Source: Lytechinus pictus (taxonomy: Eukaryota). Taken from it: a DNA stretch of 64,000 bases. The stretch spans positions 10,604,001-10,668,000 of the forward strand of contig NC_087251.1 in NCBI RefSeq assembly GCF_037042905.1, in the 5' to 3' direction. A program made the position numbers and the translations under genes. Under the pieces are notes generated by a model. That model ran no database searches and was not told where the DNA came from. It saw nothing but the letters and a program-made list of their open reading frames with translations. Shown here one piece after another: positions 63,611 to 64,000 of the stretch (its first letter is position 1; each line of letters begins with the position of its first letter).

Positions 63611-64000
63611 CAATTGTAGTCACAACTGTGAAGGAGAACATAAAACTATGGTGAATCGACCAATGTTCCTCTCCGAAAGCATTTTGATGAAACATTTCTG
63701 TGGATGTATAACCAGCATGGTATGACCCTTCACCGATAGCTCGAGACACGATGCCCATCAAGTCATTAACATCGTCATCGTCGAGGCAATCGTTCTCTTC
63801 TGCTAATTCAATTAGAAAATGTTTGAATTCATCGGCGGCTTTGTAGGCTGGTTTTTGCTCGAGAGCAGTGAAGATGAAAGCACCAGCAAAGAGATACCCG
63901 ATGAGTACTATCAGTAGAACCAGAGTTTTGAGCCAATTTAGTGCTAGGGGTATAGGACTATGTGATCGACTATCTTCCTCTTCTACAGCACGAAGGCTGC
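63611..64000 (-). CDS. K2P channel gene B, first visible exon (5'-partial; M1, cap, P1)
   Basis: Open minus frame LVLLIVLIGYLFAGAFIFTALE...NDCLDD...WSIHHSFMFSFTVVTTIG; g|gtaaga donor; runs off the window end. Confidence 0.9.

Overview
AT-rich, intron-rich animal genomic DNA. The MITE/SINE repertoire and poly-G tracts look echinoderm (sea urchin-like), which is an inference. Three protein-coding genes were reconstructed by hand with GT-AG junctions and consistent phases. (1) The 3' 19 coding exons (2276-34554, +, about 1,206 aa in window, 5' end upstream of the window) of a TOGARAM1/Crescerin/FAM179B-like ciliary TOG-array gene, with a long S/P/R-rich linker, an E/R/K-rich helical insert and two C-terminal TOG domains. 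(2) A complete two-exon two-pore-domain K+ channel (K2P/KCNK, TREK/TALK-like; 50068-53290, +, 315 aa). (3) A convergent, more divergent K2P gene (60749 to >64000, -, 3 exons visible). Introns and intergenic DNA are dense with non-autonomous DNA transposons (Tc1/mariner, Kolobok/T2-like, piggyBac-like, PIF/Harbinger-like, hAT-like, CACT-ended), several of them nested, plus SINE and LINE fragments. There are also three copies of a Helentron-type (HINE/DINE-1-like) element whose ~163-bp internal tandem units carry AGGTCA-A-AGGTCA (nuclear-receptor DR1) motifs. No prokaryotic-type system, CRISPR array or intact transposase was seen.
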